DNA of 64,000 nucleotides from Candidatus Margulisiibacteriota bacterium (GTDB lineage Bacteria; Margulisbacteria; WOR-1; O2-12-FULL-45-9): NCBI GenBank assembly GCA_041658745.1, contig JBAZZP010000002.1, positions 76,833 to 140,832 of the forward strand, read 5' to 3'. Shown piece by piece: positions 19,609 to 29,132 of this stretch (position 1 is its first letter; each line of letters starts with the position of its first letter). The notes under the pieces were generated by a model. It saw only the letters and a program-made list of their open reading frames with translations, ran no database searches and was not told where the DNA came from. The position numbers and the translations under genes were made by a program.

Positions 19609-20133
19609 TTAATTTTTAAATACGTAAGCTACTTGAGCTACTGTTCCAAGTCTTGTATCGTAACCGATCTGTGCATTGATTCTTTCTGCCACCATATATT
19701 CAGCATAAACACCCAAACCTACACTGCCAAGCGTAGTAATATCCCCTACTCCGGGAATACTAACTGCTTGAGAATAACTGGAGTAATTAAGCATAAGTCC
19801 AGCATTTAATCTCTCTCGCACGGGCATTTTAAGAGATGCGCCGATAATGGTTACCGAGTAGCCATTTCCCATGGCATATCCTAAATCACCAGTTATATCA
19901 AAGCGGTCATTGATGGGCTTTTGGACAGATAATCCAATCTTTCCGCCACCGGCGGCAAGACCACCATTAACTGACCATAACATGGCTGGTTTAGGAGCAA
20001 TCACCACTGGAACTACGACTGGTTTTACCACTACTTTTGGTTTAACAACTACCTTTGGTTTTACAGTAGTGGCCGCAAAGACACAAGAAGAAGCAATAAC
20101 TAGCATAACTAATAGAACTATTATCTTTTTCAT
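19609..20133 (-). CDS. Small secreted/outer-membrane protein with PKVVVK repeats
   Basis: Signal peptide, (KPKVVV)n low-complexity stretch, then alternating amphipathic beta-strand-like segments (small beta-barrel-like). Confidence 0.4.
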   Translation of the reverse strand: MKKIIVLLVMLVIASSCVFAATTVKPKVVVKPKVVVKPVVVPVVIAPKPAMLWSVNGGLAAGGGKIGLSVQKPINDRFDITGDLGYAMGNGYSVTIIGASLKMPVRERLNAGLMLNYSSYSQAVSIPGVGDITTLGSVGLGVYAEYMVAERINAQIGYDTRLGTVAQVAYVFKN

Positions 20134-20265
20134 ATTTTCACCCCCCTCGAGTTAATATTGTGATATAGGGGGAAAAAGAAGTCAAGTGAAATTTATACCA
20201 CAATGTGACGAAGAATATATAGCTCAAAATACTTCTGTTTTAGATGGTAATAAAGGAGAATAAAT

Positions 20266-20751
20266 ATGGGTAATTTATCTATCGCTGAAAGATCAGGGGC
20301 CTCTCCTATTATGGATGAGAGATCACTGAGACAAGCATATCAATATGCAAAAAGTCAAACAGAAGGACAATCTGCAACTGAATTAAGGATAAACGCTGTA
20401 ACTTCGATGTCAGAAACTGACCGTAGTTTTAGTACTATATCCGAAGAAATTGAAATAAAAGAAAATGCTAATGTTAATCGATTACTCAGGCAACAATTAA
20501 GAATAACCGATGTTAAACCAAATGGGGAGACTGAGTTTGCTATTGATTTAAATTACGATGGAATTAATGATAAGGCATTCGTCACGCTAAGAGAACATGA
20601 CACTTTTGATGCTTTAACCGGATTCTTTAGCCGCTCTCAAATGACCTGTTACTATTTCGACTTGGGACCAAAATCCGGTATTGATTTGGTATATTTATCA
20701 ACAATAAATAGTTTTAGCAAAACCTCCCCTAGCGATACAATTTCTGAATAA
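20266..20751 (+). CDS. Hypothetical protein (no signal peptide)
   Basis: 161-aa ORF with a GGAG RBS. First gene of the plus-strand island; no recognisable motifs. Confidence 0.45.
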   Translation: MGNLSIAERSGASPIMDERSLRQAYQYAKSQTEGQSATELRINAVTSMSETDRSFSTISEEIEIKENANVNRLLRQQLRITDVKPNGETEFAIDLNYDGINDKAFVTLREHDTFDALTGFFSRSQMTCYYFDLGPKSGIDLVYLSTINSFSKTSPSDTISE

Positions 20752-20765
20752 GGGAAATTAAAATA

Positions 20766-21548
20766 ATGGGAGACGCTGTTTCTTTGGTTCCTTCACAACC
20801 GCCTCGTGCCATTGTAACTGAAGGGAAATTAATTGTTCGACCCCAAGTTGATCATGCAACACTTGATATTGATGCTCAAAATTACGCTGACCAGCATCCC
20901 ACTGAACCGGTAATTGTTATCAGTAAATCGAAAAAACTCTTATATTTTTTTAAAAACGGGATTTTGGTTAATGATTATGTGAACTGGGGAGATTACGAAC
21001 CATTTTTTGCTAATACTCCCACGACAATCGAAATGTCTTTCCCTGTTCCGGTTGCGCTAGGGATTGACCAACAAGGTAATTCTACCGCTTTAGCCGGACC
21101 TAAAAGAAAAGCCGGCGACAGGAGAACTCCCGAAGGAGAATACGCTGTCTGTAATAAAAGACAATCCCCTTCTTCTAGCTTTACCGTATTTTTAGATGTG
21201 AGTTATCCCAACATCCAAGACGCTGAAGCTGCTTTTAGCGCTGGTATAATAAATAAAGCTCGTAGAAATTCAATCATCCAAGATAATGTAATCATGCAGC
21301 AAAGATTTGCTGCTCATTCTGGTGGATATTGTCCTTCAGGTGGCCCAATGGGAGGATTAATTGGGATTCATCCTCAAGCGGCAGAACAATATCCTGAGGT
21401 TATAATAAAAGAAGCTACAGTATCTGCCGGAGGACAATATGTTACTGGATCTGACTGGACATTTGGCTGTATTGCCATCGAAAATCGGCATGCTAGATAT
21501 TTATGGCAGGAAGCTCCGATCGGGACAAGGATCTTAATCCTGCCGTAA
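20766..21548 (+). CDS. L,D-transpeptidase (YkuD)-like domain protein, no signal peptide
   Basis: VIVISKSKKLLYFFKNGILV ... DRRTPEGEYAV ... WTFGCIAIENRHARYLWQEAPIGTRILI follows the YkuD fold pattern (strand, TP.G.Y, catalytic GC[IV]). The canonical His-Gly-Cys is replaced by Phe-Gly-Cys. Confidence 0.45.
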   Translation: MGDAVSLVPSQPPRAIVTEGKLIVRPQVDHATLDIDAQNYADQHPTEPVIVISKSKKLLYFFKNGILVNDYVNWGDYEPFFANTPTTIEMSFPVPVALGIDQQGNSTALAGPKRKAGDRRTPEGEYAVCNKRQSPSSSFTVFLDVSYPNIQDAEAAFSAGIINKARRNSIIQDNVIMQQRFAAHSGGYCPSGGPMGGLIGIHPQAAEQYPEVIIKEATVSAGGQYVTGSDWTFGCIAIENRHARYLWQEAPIGTRILILP

Positions 21549-21549
21549 A

Positions 21550-23886
21550 TTAAAACGTTCCGTTTATCAAGCTTCCCGCTGCTGATGCTCCATCAGTTGC
21601 AGTAACATCCGGTCGGATGATAGAGGTAAGATCGTCGATATTATAAAACTCAGCAATTTGAAGAGCAATTTCGTTTTGAGTAAGATTTTGATACTGTAGT
21701 CTGCCAGTCAGTAAAGCATTTACAATTTCTCTGCGTTCCGCATAATTTGCCGTTGAAATTCCAAAATTGGTCAAAGCCTCGTTTAACTTCCTGCCTTGGG
21801 TTTCAAGTTCTCCTTTCTTTGAAAATAATAAAACATATTGATCAGAATATTTTTGAATAATATTTGATTTTTCATACATGGAAAAATAGATTCCAGTTAT
21901 TCGCTTGGTTGCAGTTTCCGATAAAACCAGCCCTCCTCCCCTTGTCCCATCCACATTGGCTTGGTCTAATGCTGCTTTTTCTTCTACATTAAGGATTGAT
22001 GCGTCCCATCTTCCGGTAGCAATATAATTAGTTACTAATTTGTGAGCAGCTACTTGTTCTAATGGTATAGCCCATTGCTCAAAATCTCTTAAATTCTCAT
22101 AGGGAACCCCATGAAACAACTTATAATAGGCTATATAAGTTTCATTTATGTCTTTTGAGGTTGCAGCTGGATTTTGAGCAAAATCACTTAAAAAATGATT
22201 ACAAGATTGATTAAAACGCAATTTTCTACCGGCAGTATCTGTGCTTTTAAAAGTTGATTGCCAGCCATTAACCATTATTGAAGATGCTATATCGGTTATC
22301 ATTCTCAAATCACTATCAATTGTTGGAGTAGAATGAATAACTTCACCTGAACGAGCCCCGTTTTTTTCAAAAACAAAAACCCAATTTGAGAAATCGTTAC
22401 TCCCCCATTTAGCGCTTACTACATTCCCATCTCCATTTTTTTCAACATCATAGTAGACAAAGTTGGTTGAAAGGGTTGAATTAAGTTTTGCGGCAGATTT
22501 ACGGTCAACTTTAGCAGGATTTGTCTGCGGTTCCTCTAGCATCCAGCAGGTACTGCCACTATTTTGTGAAATTTGGGTATAGGCTGGATAATTAGCAAAA
22601 TTAAAGTCCTGAATTATGGATTCTGCTATTGCAGGAGGGAATGTTTTATATGTAACTGTACCAAGTTCAATCTTAATTCTTCCAAGCCCAACATTTTCTT
22701 CGGTGACCTCTTCACTGATTGAAGATTTATAGGTATACTCAATTTGGCCATTTTCGGCTTTTCGAATAACTATTCGCTGTCCAGGGGGTGGTGCATAGCT
22801 AAGCAATTCGAGTTCATTCGCAATGAATGGACTGATTGTCTGCTGCGTACCATCATCCCCAACCCAAACCCACCCGCTACCAGTTCTCAATAATTCAGCT
22901 CCTTGTGGAATAGCCGTGGTAAAAGCATAGGTTTGACTCCGGTAATGGTCGGTAACATACATTAATGAAAATCTACCGGCATTCGAACGGCCTGCCAGAG
23001 CAGTATCGTATTGGGGAATTCCGCGACTATCGGAACCGATTGGAACGTAATATTCCATGGGAGGTCCGCCAGATATATTTATTTGCGCATACATTTGTCC
23101 ATCAACCCGCACAATAATTTTGCTCACATCTGCTTTTGTATATATTTCTAGCACCACTTCTTGTGCTTGACTCCATTCAGTTGCCACGGCATCAAGTCCC
23201 TTTTCAAATATTACTGCCGATAATTGTGGGGTTGAAGCTAACGCGCTGGCAGTTGCAGCATCTAGGCCTTCCGTAACTGGCTTTACGTCTCTTATCAACC
23301 CTTCTGGGGCAATAAGGGCAAGAGCACTGGTGTCTGACGGGGACATATGAATACAACCATGGCTAAAATATAGATGACCAAGTAACTCATTAAAAAGACC
23401 AGGATAATCGTAGCTTTGAAGGCCAGTGGTTAGTTGTCCCATTGCTGAACTATAAGCCGATTGTTCAATCCGGTTAAGAGTATGTTCTACCGCAGGTCTA
23501 TCACTAGCTGTGGCCAATTCTGTTCCTGCAGCACTAGCTGCGGCTTGTCTTGGCTGGATCTTTCCACTAACTGAAAAGGCAGTTACGATGTTTTCTTCAG
23601 TCGTTCCTTCTTTTAATAGACCGATCCGATTAAGTTCAGAATAAACATAACTAACACTACAGGTCAGTGTTCCAGCCTGGCTACTGGCCTTTATCCCATG
23701 ATATAAGACCCTTTTTACTGCAACGGCAGAAACACCTTCTCGCAGAACACCAGCTGCAACCAGATCCGAATATAATTTATCAACATTGGCGTTTTCTGAG
23801 CTCTCGCCAGTTGCAAGTGCTAATATTGGGCCACTAAGTTGTACAGAATTCACCATACAATTGATCCTCTTTGACGGCTTATTCAA
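21550..23886 (-). CDS. Large (778 aa) hypothetical protein with an internal L,D-transpeptidase-like SHGCIH motif; no signal peptide
   Basis: Long ORF divergently transcribed from the 24060 gene. Motif LYFSHGCIHMSPSD around residue 200 resembles the YkuD catalytic loop. The rest is unassigned and rich in S/T/N/Q/Y. Confidence 0.45.
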   Translation of the reverse strand: MNKPSKRINCMVNSVQLSGPILALATGESSENANVDKLYSDLVAAGVLREGVSAVAVKRVLYHGIKASSQAGTLTCSVSYVYSELNRIGLLKEGTTEENIVTAFSVSGKIQPRQAAASAAGTELATASDRPAVEHTLNRIEQSAYSSAMGQLTTGLQSYDYPGLFNELLGHLYFSHGCIHMSPSDTSALALIAPEGLIRDVKPVTEGLDAATASALASTPQLSAVIFEKGLDAVATEWSQAQEVVLEIYTKADVSKIIVRVDGQMYAQINISGGPPMEYYVPIGSDSRGIPQYDTALAGRSNAGRFSLMYVTDHYRSQTYAFTTAIPQGAELLRTGSGWVWVGDDGTQQTISPFIANELELLSYAPPPGQRIVIRKAENGQIEYTYKSSISEEVTEENVGLGRIKIELGTVTYKTFPPAIAESIIQDFNFANYPAYTQISQNSGSTCWMLEEPQTNPAKVDRKSAAKLNSTLSTNFVYYDVEKNGDGNVVSAKWGSNDFSNWVFVFEKNGARSGEVIHSTPTIDSDLRMITDIASSIMVNGWQSTFKSTDTAGRKLRFNQSCNHFLSDFAQNPAATSKDINETYIAYYKLFHGVPYENLRDFEQWAIPLEQVAAHKLVTNYIATGRWDASILNVEEKAALDQANVDGTRGGGLVLSETATKRITGIYFSMYEKSNIIQKYSDQYVLLFSKKGELETQGRKLNEALTNFGISTANYAERREIVNALLTGRLQYQNLTQNEIALQIAEFYNIDDLTSIIRPDVTATDGASAAGSLINGTF

Positions 23887-24059
23887 TAGCCATCACTATA
23901 TATATCGGGTTTTAGAAGCCTTTAACTTGCATAAATTTCGATCAATTTATAGATTAATAATGTAAAAAATTTAAAATCGCGTGAAATTATTTGAACTATC
24001 TATCGATAATGTTATAGAATATAAATGACCTAATTAATATTTTTTTATATAAACATACA

Positions 24060-24785
24060 ATGTTAAATATTCCATCAATTTCTAATTTATTATTCCAGCA
24101 TACATCATCATTTATTGGTAGTAGCAAAGAACCATCTATTACTCCAACTAGAAATACTCCAATGATCTATACGGAAGGAACGTATTTTGGTTTAGATTAT
24201 TCTATTGTGTCTCTGAATCCTGATAAAATCAATTTTACGTTTTTACAAGAATCTGAAGCACAGGACAATGAAACCAATCCAGCCAATAATTCCATTGTTT
24301 TTAATGGGGGCTACTTTAATGATCAAAGAAATCCAGACGGGCTATTAATTTATGACAATTTGCCTTATTCTCAAATATCTGATAAAAAAGTTATGAGCGG
24401 AGTTTTTTCAATATATAATGGAAGAGCAAGGATTGATCGAAGTGTGTCCTTTACCCCAAACCGAAATGTAAATTTTGCTATCCAAAATGGCCCATTAGTT
24501 ATTGAACATGGGGAAAGGGGAATATTAAGTGACACCGAAAATGAATTTGAAAGGACAATTTTGGCTACAGACTATTCAGGCAATGCCTTTTTGGTAATTA
24601 TCAAAACTCCTGTTGACTTGTATGATTGTCAGGATTTACTAATTGATAAAATACCAAATCTTGATTCTGCTCTAGATCTTGATGGGGGCCCATCAACTTA
24701 TTACAGATACCACTCGTCCACTAGCACCGCCTCTTTTGGAACCTTAGGTTATCCAGCCTACTTTATTAAAGCCTCAATAAAATAA
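24060..24785 (+). CDS. Phosphodiester glycosidase (NAGPA/DUF2233)-like protein
   Basis: VFNGGYFNDQ ... DGLLIYDN ... ALDLDGGPST matches the NGGFF and NLDGGGS motifs of the NAGPA family. No signal peptide. Confidence 0.45.
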   Translation: MLNIPSISNLLFQHTSSFIGSSKEPSITPTRNTPMIYTEGTYFGLDYSIVSLNPDKINFTFLQESEAQDNETNPANNSIVFNGGYFNDQRNPDGLLIYDNLPYSQISDKKVMSGVFSIYNGRARIDRSVSFTPNRNVNFAIQNGPLVIEHGERGILSDTENEFERTILATDYSGNAFLVIIKTPVDLYDCQDLLIDKIPNLDSALDLDGGPSTYYRYHSSTSTASFGTLGYPAYFIKASIK

Positions 24786-24847
24786 ATTTTTATTGCAAGT
24801 TTTCCTCTAATTAACCCGATATTCAATATAGATGGAGGAAATATACA

Positions 24848-26128
24848 ATGGGTGATTATCAAATTGGATCTTATGGTTTATACCCAAGCTACCTTATTCC
24901 TTCTCCCCCAGTTACGGGACAAGATAAAAGGCAAGAAATTTGCTGCGATGAAGCTCTTTGGAATGTAGGGACTCAGTCTTGTGGTTCTCCCTTATCTGAA
25001 GAAAGTAATGCCATAAGGTTATGGGAAGCCGAAGGGCTATCTCCATCATCCCAGGCAATTCCGACTCGTTTGGAGAAATTATCGCAGGTTTACCAAAAAG
25101 CTGTGAAAGATAATGCAGTAGAATTAGCTCAAAGATGCCAAATATTAGCCATGAAATATGTGCAAGCAGCAGAAAAGTCTAATATGAACAGGGAATCAAT
25201 TCGACCATTAGCTGAATCAATGGGAATATATATCCCAAGATCAAGAGGTAGGATTGCTGGGGTGGCACATGTTGCTAGCCTTTACAGCAGTAATTCTTCT
25301 GGCACATCGATGAAAATACAAGCAAACCTAATTGATAGTGGGCAGGATCCTCAATATATCAATGCTGATCTTTCCTTTACATCTGAAACCCCCATACTGT
25401 TTGGTGGTCAAGGGGTTGCGGGTATAGATATAAGCCTTCTAATTGATGGGACCCCTACCATAGTTGGAAAAATTATTGTTGTTGACCAAAATATTGCATC
25501 CTTAGAATATCTTCCGAAAGAGATGAATGGTCCAAAAGCAGCTCAAGAAGGATGGATCGTATTTAGTTCAGCAAATTATTCAGTGACTGTTGGTAATTAT
25601 CCGAACTGCACAACTGTTCCTGGAACAATTTCAATTAGAGATGGGATTCCATCTAACTTATATCCATCTTCATCTACCGGAGCAGTGGTTATTAGAAATG
25701 GAGTACCAGAAATACTACAAGCTAATCCCGATGAAATGGTAGCACTTGCCGCAGAGGCGATGTCTTCTGGCGGGACAATGTTTCAGAGCCATTTACTTGT
25801 TCACAATGGTGAGAGTATTGTCCCAACAAGCTCAGATACAGATCGAGATGTCCGCCGAGTATTGATTACCCTGGATTCAGGCGGGTTTGCACTTGTACAA
25901 ATAGACGAATTTATTACTTTATATGAATTATCAAAAATAATTGAAAAAATACCAAATATAAAAGAAGCAGTAAATTTAGATACCGGTGGAGGGAATGTCG
26001 GTGGTTATAGGACAATAGATCAGTCAAATGGTCAATATACCCCTTTTGGAGACGGATCTGAGCCTGGAGAATTTGATGATAGCAATCTTGAAGCAGATGC
26101 GTTTATTGGGGTAAGGCAGCGTCAATAA
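24848..26128 (+). CDS. Hypothetical protein with a C-terminal phosphodiester glycosidase (NAGPA)-like domain
   Basis: The C-terminal RRVLITLDSGGFALVQID...LYELSKIIEKIP...AVNLDTGGGN matches the NAGPA C-terminal core. The N-terminal 250 aa are unassigned. No signal peptide. Confidence 0.45.
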   Translation: MGDYQIGSYGLYPSYLIPSPPVTGQDKRQEICCDEALWNVGTQSCGSPLSEESNAIRLWEAEGLSPSSQAIPTRLEKLSQVYQKAVKDNAVELAQRCQILAMKYVQAAEKSNMNRESIRPLAESMGIYIPRSRGRIAGVAHVASLYSSNSSGTSMKIQANLIDSGQDPQYINADLSFTSETPILFGGQGVAGIDISLLIDGTPTIVGKIIVVDQNIASLEYLPKEMNGPKAAQEGWIVFSSANYSVTVGNYPNCTTVPGTISIRDGIPSNLYPSSSTGAVVIRNGVPEILQANPDEMVALAAEAMSSGGTMFQSHLLVHNGESIVPTSSDTDRDVRRVLITLDSGGFALVQIDEFITLYELSKIIEKIPNIKEAVNLDTGGGNVGGYRTIDQSNGQYTPFGDGSEPGEFDDSNLEADAFIGVRQRQ

Positions 26129-27032
26129 AAGCTTTTATTAGCGGCAAAGTCAGGCTATTATAATTGCCCAATATGTTGTTTCTTTCTTCAATTGTCATAG
26201 GTGCAGAAAAAAAACTCTTGTTAATTTCTTCTGCGGGTAAAAGCTCAGAGTTTCGATTGTAAATTTGTATTTCTATTCCAAATATATCATGGCAAATATC
26301 AATAAAACTATTGGAATTGTAATATCTGTATGCCTCCGAAGTTCCTCTGAAATATTTACTAATATAATATTGAACAAAAACAAATTCAAGCATTTTTATG
26401 TCTGGGCTTGATAGCAGACTAGTGACTCTTGGATTGGCTTGCTGAAAGACACCAAACTGTTTAATAAATTCTTGCGTAGGTAAAGCTTGCTTTGTTTTTT
26501 TCATTCGAATAAAGAACTTTTCAGTGCATATTATTTCTTCATTTGTTTGAGAAGATAAAAAGGCTACAATATCCGCTTCTGAAGGGATATCATCCAAATT
26601 TATTGCATAATCAGCATGAAATTGATCAATTTTACTACCAAAGGGGATGCTAAGATGAGTGTGGAATGGAATAGTCCCTGCGGGCTTATCAACAAAGTCA
26701 ATTCCCTGACTTGAAGAGGAGGGAGAATTTATAACAACTAGTGTGTAATTTGAATCATAATATCCATAAAATTCCTTTCCAATTGCACTGGAAAGGTTTT
26801 GTGTTTGCCCTATTCTAGAAAAGATATCTTCTTCACTCGAAAAAGATTCAATTCTGCAAGCATAATTGTCCGCTAATCTTTCACCTGGGAAAAAACTGAT
26901 TACTGGACATAATAAACTAGTTATAGAGTTAGAAGAAGCACAGGAATCCAATTGTGTAAAAGCAGGATTTTGAAAAACAGTTTGATTCCCGACGAAAGAG
27001 GCAATACACCCAACAGGCATTTGATTCTCCAA
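26103..27032 (-). CDS. Hypothetical protein
   Basis: 309-aa ORF convergent with the 24848 gene, 26-nt 3' overlap. No signal peptide and no recognised domain. Confidence 0.4.
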   Translation of the reverse strand: MENQMPVGCIASFVGNQTVFQNPAFTQLDSCASSNSITSLLCPVISFFPGERLADNYACRIESFSSEEDIFSRIGQTQNLSSAIGKEFYGYYDSNYTLVVINSPSSSSQGIDFVDKPAGTIPFHTHLSIPFGSKIDQFHADYAINLDDIPSEADIVAFLSSQTNEEIICTEKFFIRMKKTKQALPTQEFIKQFGVFQQANPRVTSLLSSPDIKMLEFVFVQYYISKYFRGTSEAYRYYNSNSFIDICHDIFGIEIQIYNRNSELLPAEEINKSFFSAPMTIEERNNILGNYNSLTLPLIKAFIDAALPQ

Positions 27033-27094
27033 TAAAATTAGATTTGGATTATATTCTAATTATATATCGAGAAGAAAAAGAAGAAATTGCAGAC

Positions 27095-27120
27095 TATTTT
27101 ATTCGCATATTTTATTCGCA
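27095..27120. repeat. Perfect tandem 13-bp direct repeat TATTTTATTCGCA x2
   Basis: Read directly. Lies between the zupT stop and the start of the 26103-27032 gene. Confidence 0.6.
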
Positions 27121-27137
27121 AACTTTGAAGCTGTAAC

Positions 27138-27878
27138 TCATCTTAGCAGCTGCTTCGTCCCCCACATAAAGAGTAGGCCAAGCAGAAAGCTGGCAAAAGC
27201 CAGATTAGATTTCCAACTAACCTTTTCTTTGTGGAGTTCGGGGATCAGGTCGCTGGCTCCAATATAGATAAAGCCACCGGCAGTAAAAGGGAGTAAAAAG
27301 ACATCAAAACCAAAACAATTAAGCGATAAATAATAGCCAATAATCCCACCAGCTACGGCCATTAAAGCCGAGAGCAAATTAAAGAACAAAGCTCGCATTT
27401 TTGAAAATCCACCATAAATCAAAACACCAAATTCACCTAATTCCTGGGGGATTTCGTGGGTAATCACCGCCAAGGTAGTTGCGATCCCAACCGGAATACC
27501 AGCCACAAAGCTTCCCGCAATAATTAGCCCATCCAAAAAATTATGAATGCCATCGCCATATAAATTCAAATAGGTAAAAGAATGATATGAACAATGTTCA
27601 TCATGGCAATGCCGCCAAAATAAAACCCTTTCCATAATAAAAAAGAAGGAAAAGCCAATCAAAACAAATAGAAACGTAGTTGGGGTCGATAATCTTTCCA
27701 ATGTTTCAGGCAAAAGGTGCAAAAAGGCTCCACCAATCAAAGTCCCAGCCGAAAAACCCACTAAAAGCAGCAAAATCCGCTGCAAAAGATTGCCTTTAAT
27801 CGATAGCGAAATTACCCCAACTAGGGAGATAAGACTAACCGTGATAGTGGCAAGCAGGATCCAGACAATTACCGGCAT
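27138..27878 (-). CDS. zupT: ZIP-family zinc transporter
   Basis: ZIP signature HNFLDGL and HEIPQELGEF in the TM helices. 246 aa, 8 predicted TMs. Confidence 0.75.
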   Translation of the reverse strand: MPVIVWILLATITVSLISLVGVISLSIKGNLLQRILLLLVGFSAGTLIGGAFLHLLPETLERLSTPTTFLFVLIGFSFFFIMERVLFWRHCHDEHCSYHSFTYLNLYGDGIHNFLDGLIIAGSFVAGIPVGIATTLAVITHEIPQELGEFGVLIYGGFSKMRALFFNLLSALMAVAGGIIGYYLSLNCFGFDVFLLPFTAGGFIYIGASDLIPELHKEKVSWKSNLAFASFLLGLLFMWGTKQLLR

Positions 27879-27879
27879 A

Positions 27880-29127
27880 TCAAATTATCCGAATCAGATT
27901 ACAGATTTTATTGACTACCGCAGATTTTTTAAGCGCCGCGATGGCTTTGTTTAAATTATCTTCTCTTACTTTATGTAGCAGAATAACAATCGTGGCTTTA
28001 TTGCCTATAGTTTCTTTTTGCATCACCGCCGCAATACTAACGTCATGGTCAGCAAAAGTCTTGGATATCCCCGCCAAAACTCCACAGGTATCTGGCGCTT
28101 GTAAGCGTAGATAATAGCGAGCTTCAGACTGCGAAGCGTTGGCTGTCTTATAAGTTTGTAACTTGTAACTTGTTTCTTGTATCTTACTCCGTGCGGCGGC
28201 AATTATATCCGCAATGATTGCAGAAGCTGTGGGCCCTCCCCCTGCGCCTTGCCCATAATACATCAGATCGCCAACGGGATCGGCCTTGACGTAAATAGCG
28301 TTATAGTTATCTGACACGGATGATAATGGATGGGAACACGGAACAAGACACGGATAGACACGGACATCAAGCTTATCGTTTATAAGCTTAGCAACGGCCA
28401 GCAGTTTTATTTTGTAACCGATTTCGCTGGCATACAAGATATCTTCAATGGCAATTCCGGTGATGCCTTCAAATTCAACCGCTTTCCAGTCAACTTTGGC
28501 CCCAAAAGCTACTGAAGCTAATATCGCAGCCTTGTAAGACGCATCATACCCTTCAATATCGGCTTTGGGATTGGGTTCAGCATAGCCTTTTACCTGAGCA
28601 ATTTTTAAAGCAGCGTCAAACTCCATCCCCTCTTCTGTCATGCGGGTTAAGATATAATTGGTTGTACCATTAACGATTCCATATACTTCGCTGATCCGAT
28701 TACCAGCCAAATCTTCTTTTAGTGAACGCAGGATGGGAATTCCTCCCCCAACCGCCGCTTCAAATAAGACTAAAACCATATTTTTTTGGGCTACTTCAAT
28801 AATTTCAGGTAAATGCTTGGCAATTACTTCTTTGTTAGGAGTAACGACCGATTTGCCAGCGTTTAAGGCAGCTAAGATGACTTTTAGCGCGGGGTTTTCC
28901 CCTCCCATGGCTTCCACAATGATGTCGATCGCGGGGTCTTCGATCAGGGTATATGGGTTAGGGGTTAGGGAGTAGGAAGTTTTAATTTTACGAACATCGC
29001 AGACTTTATTAACTATTAGCTCAAAGCCGGTATTAGCTGCAATGCTTAACTGGTTCTTTTCAATCGCATCTGCTACCGCTGATCCAATATTGCCAAAACC
29101 GATAATACCAATGTTTATTTTTTGCAT
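27880..29127 (-). CDS. hom: Homoserine dehydrogenase
   Basis: N-terminal NAD-binding GIIGFGNIG, catalytic domain and a C-terminal ACT domain. 415 aa. Confidence 0.85.
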   Translation of the reverse strand: MQKINIGIIGFGNIGSAVADAIEKNQLSIAANTGFELIVNKVCDVRKIKTSYSLTPNPYTLIEDPAIDIIVEAMGGENPALKVILAALNAGKSVVTPNKEVIAKHLPEIIEVAQKNMVLVLFEAAVGGGIPILRSLKEDLAGNRISEVYGIVNGTTNYILTRMTEEGMEFDAALKIAQVKGYAEPNPKADIEGYDASYKAAILASVAFGAKVDWKAVEFEGITGIAIEDILYASEIGYKIKLLAVAKLINDKLDVRVYPCLVPCSHPLSSVSDNYNAIYVKADPVGDLMYYGQGAGGGPTASAIIADIIAAARSKIQETSYKLQTYKTANASQSEARYYLRLQAPDTCGVLAGISKTFADHDVSIAAVMQKETIGNKATIVILLHKVREDNLNKAIAALKKSAVVNKICNLIRII

Positions 29128-29132
29128 AGTAA

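Noticed and set aside
28141-28380. Short CTTGTA / ACACGGA repeats
   Set aside because: They lie inside the hom coding sequence and encode ordinary conserved residues (KIQETSYKLQTYK, VYPCLVPCSHPL); they are coding low-complexity, not a repeat element.
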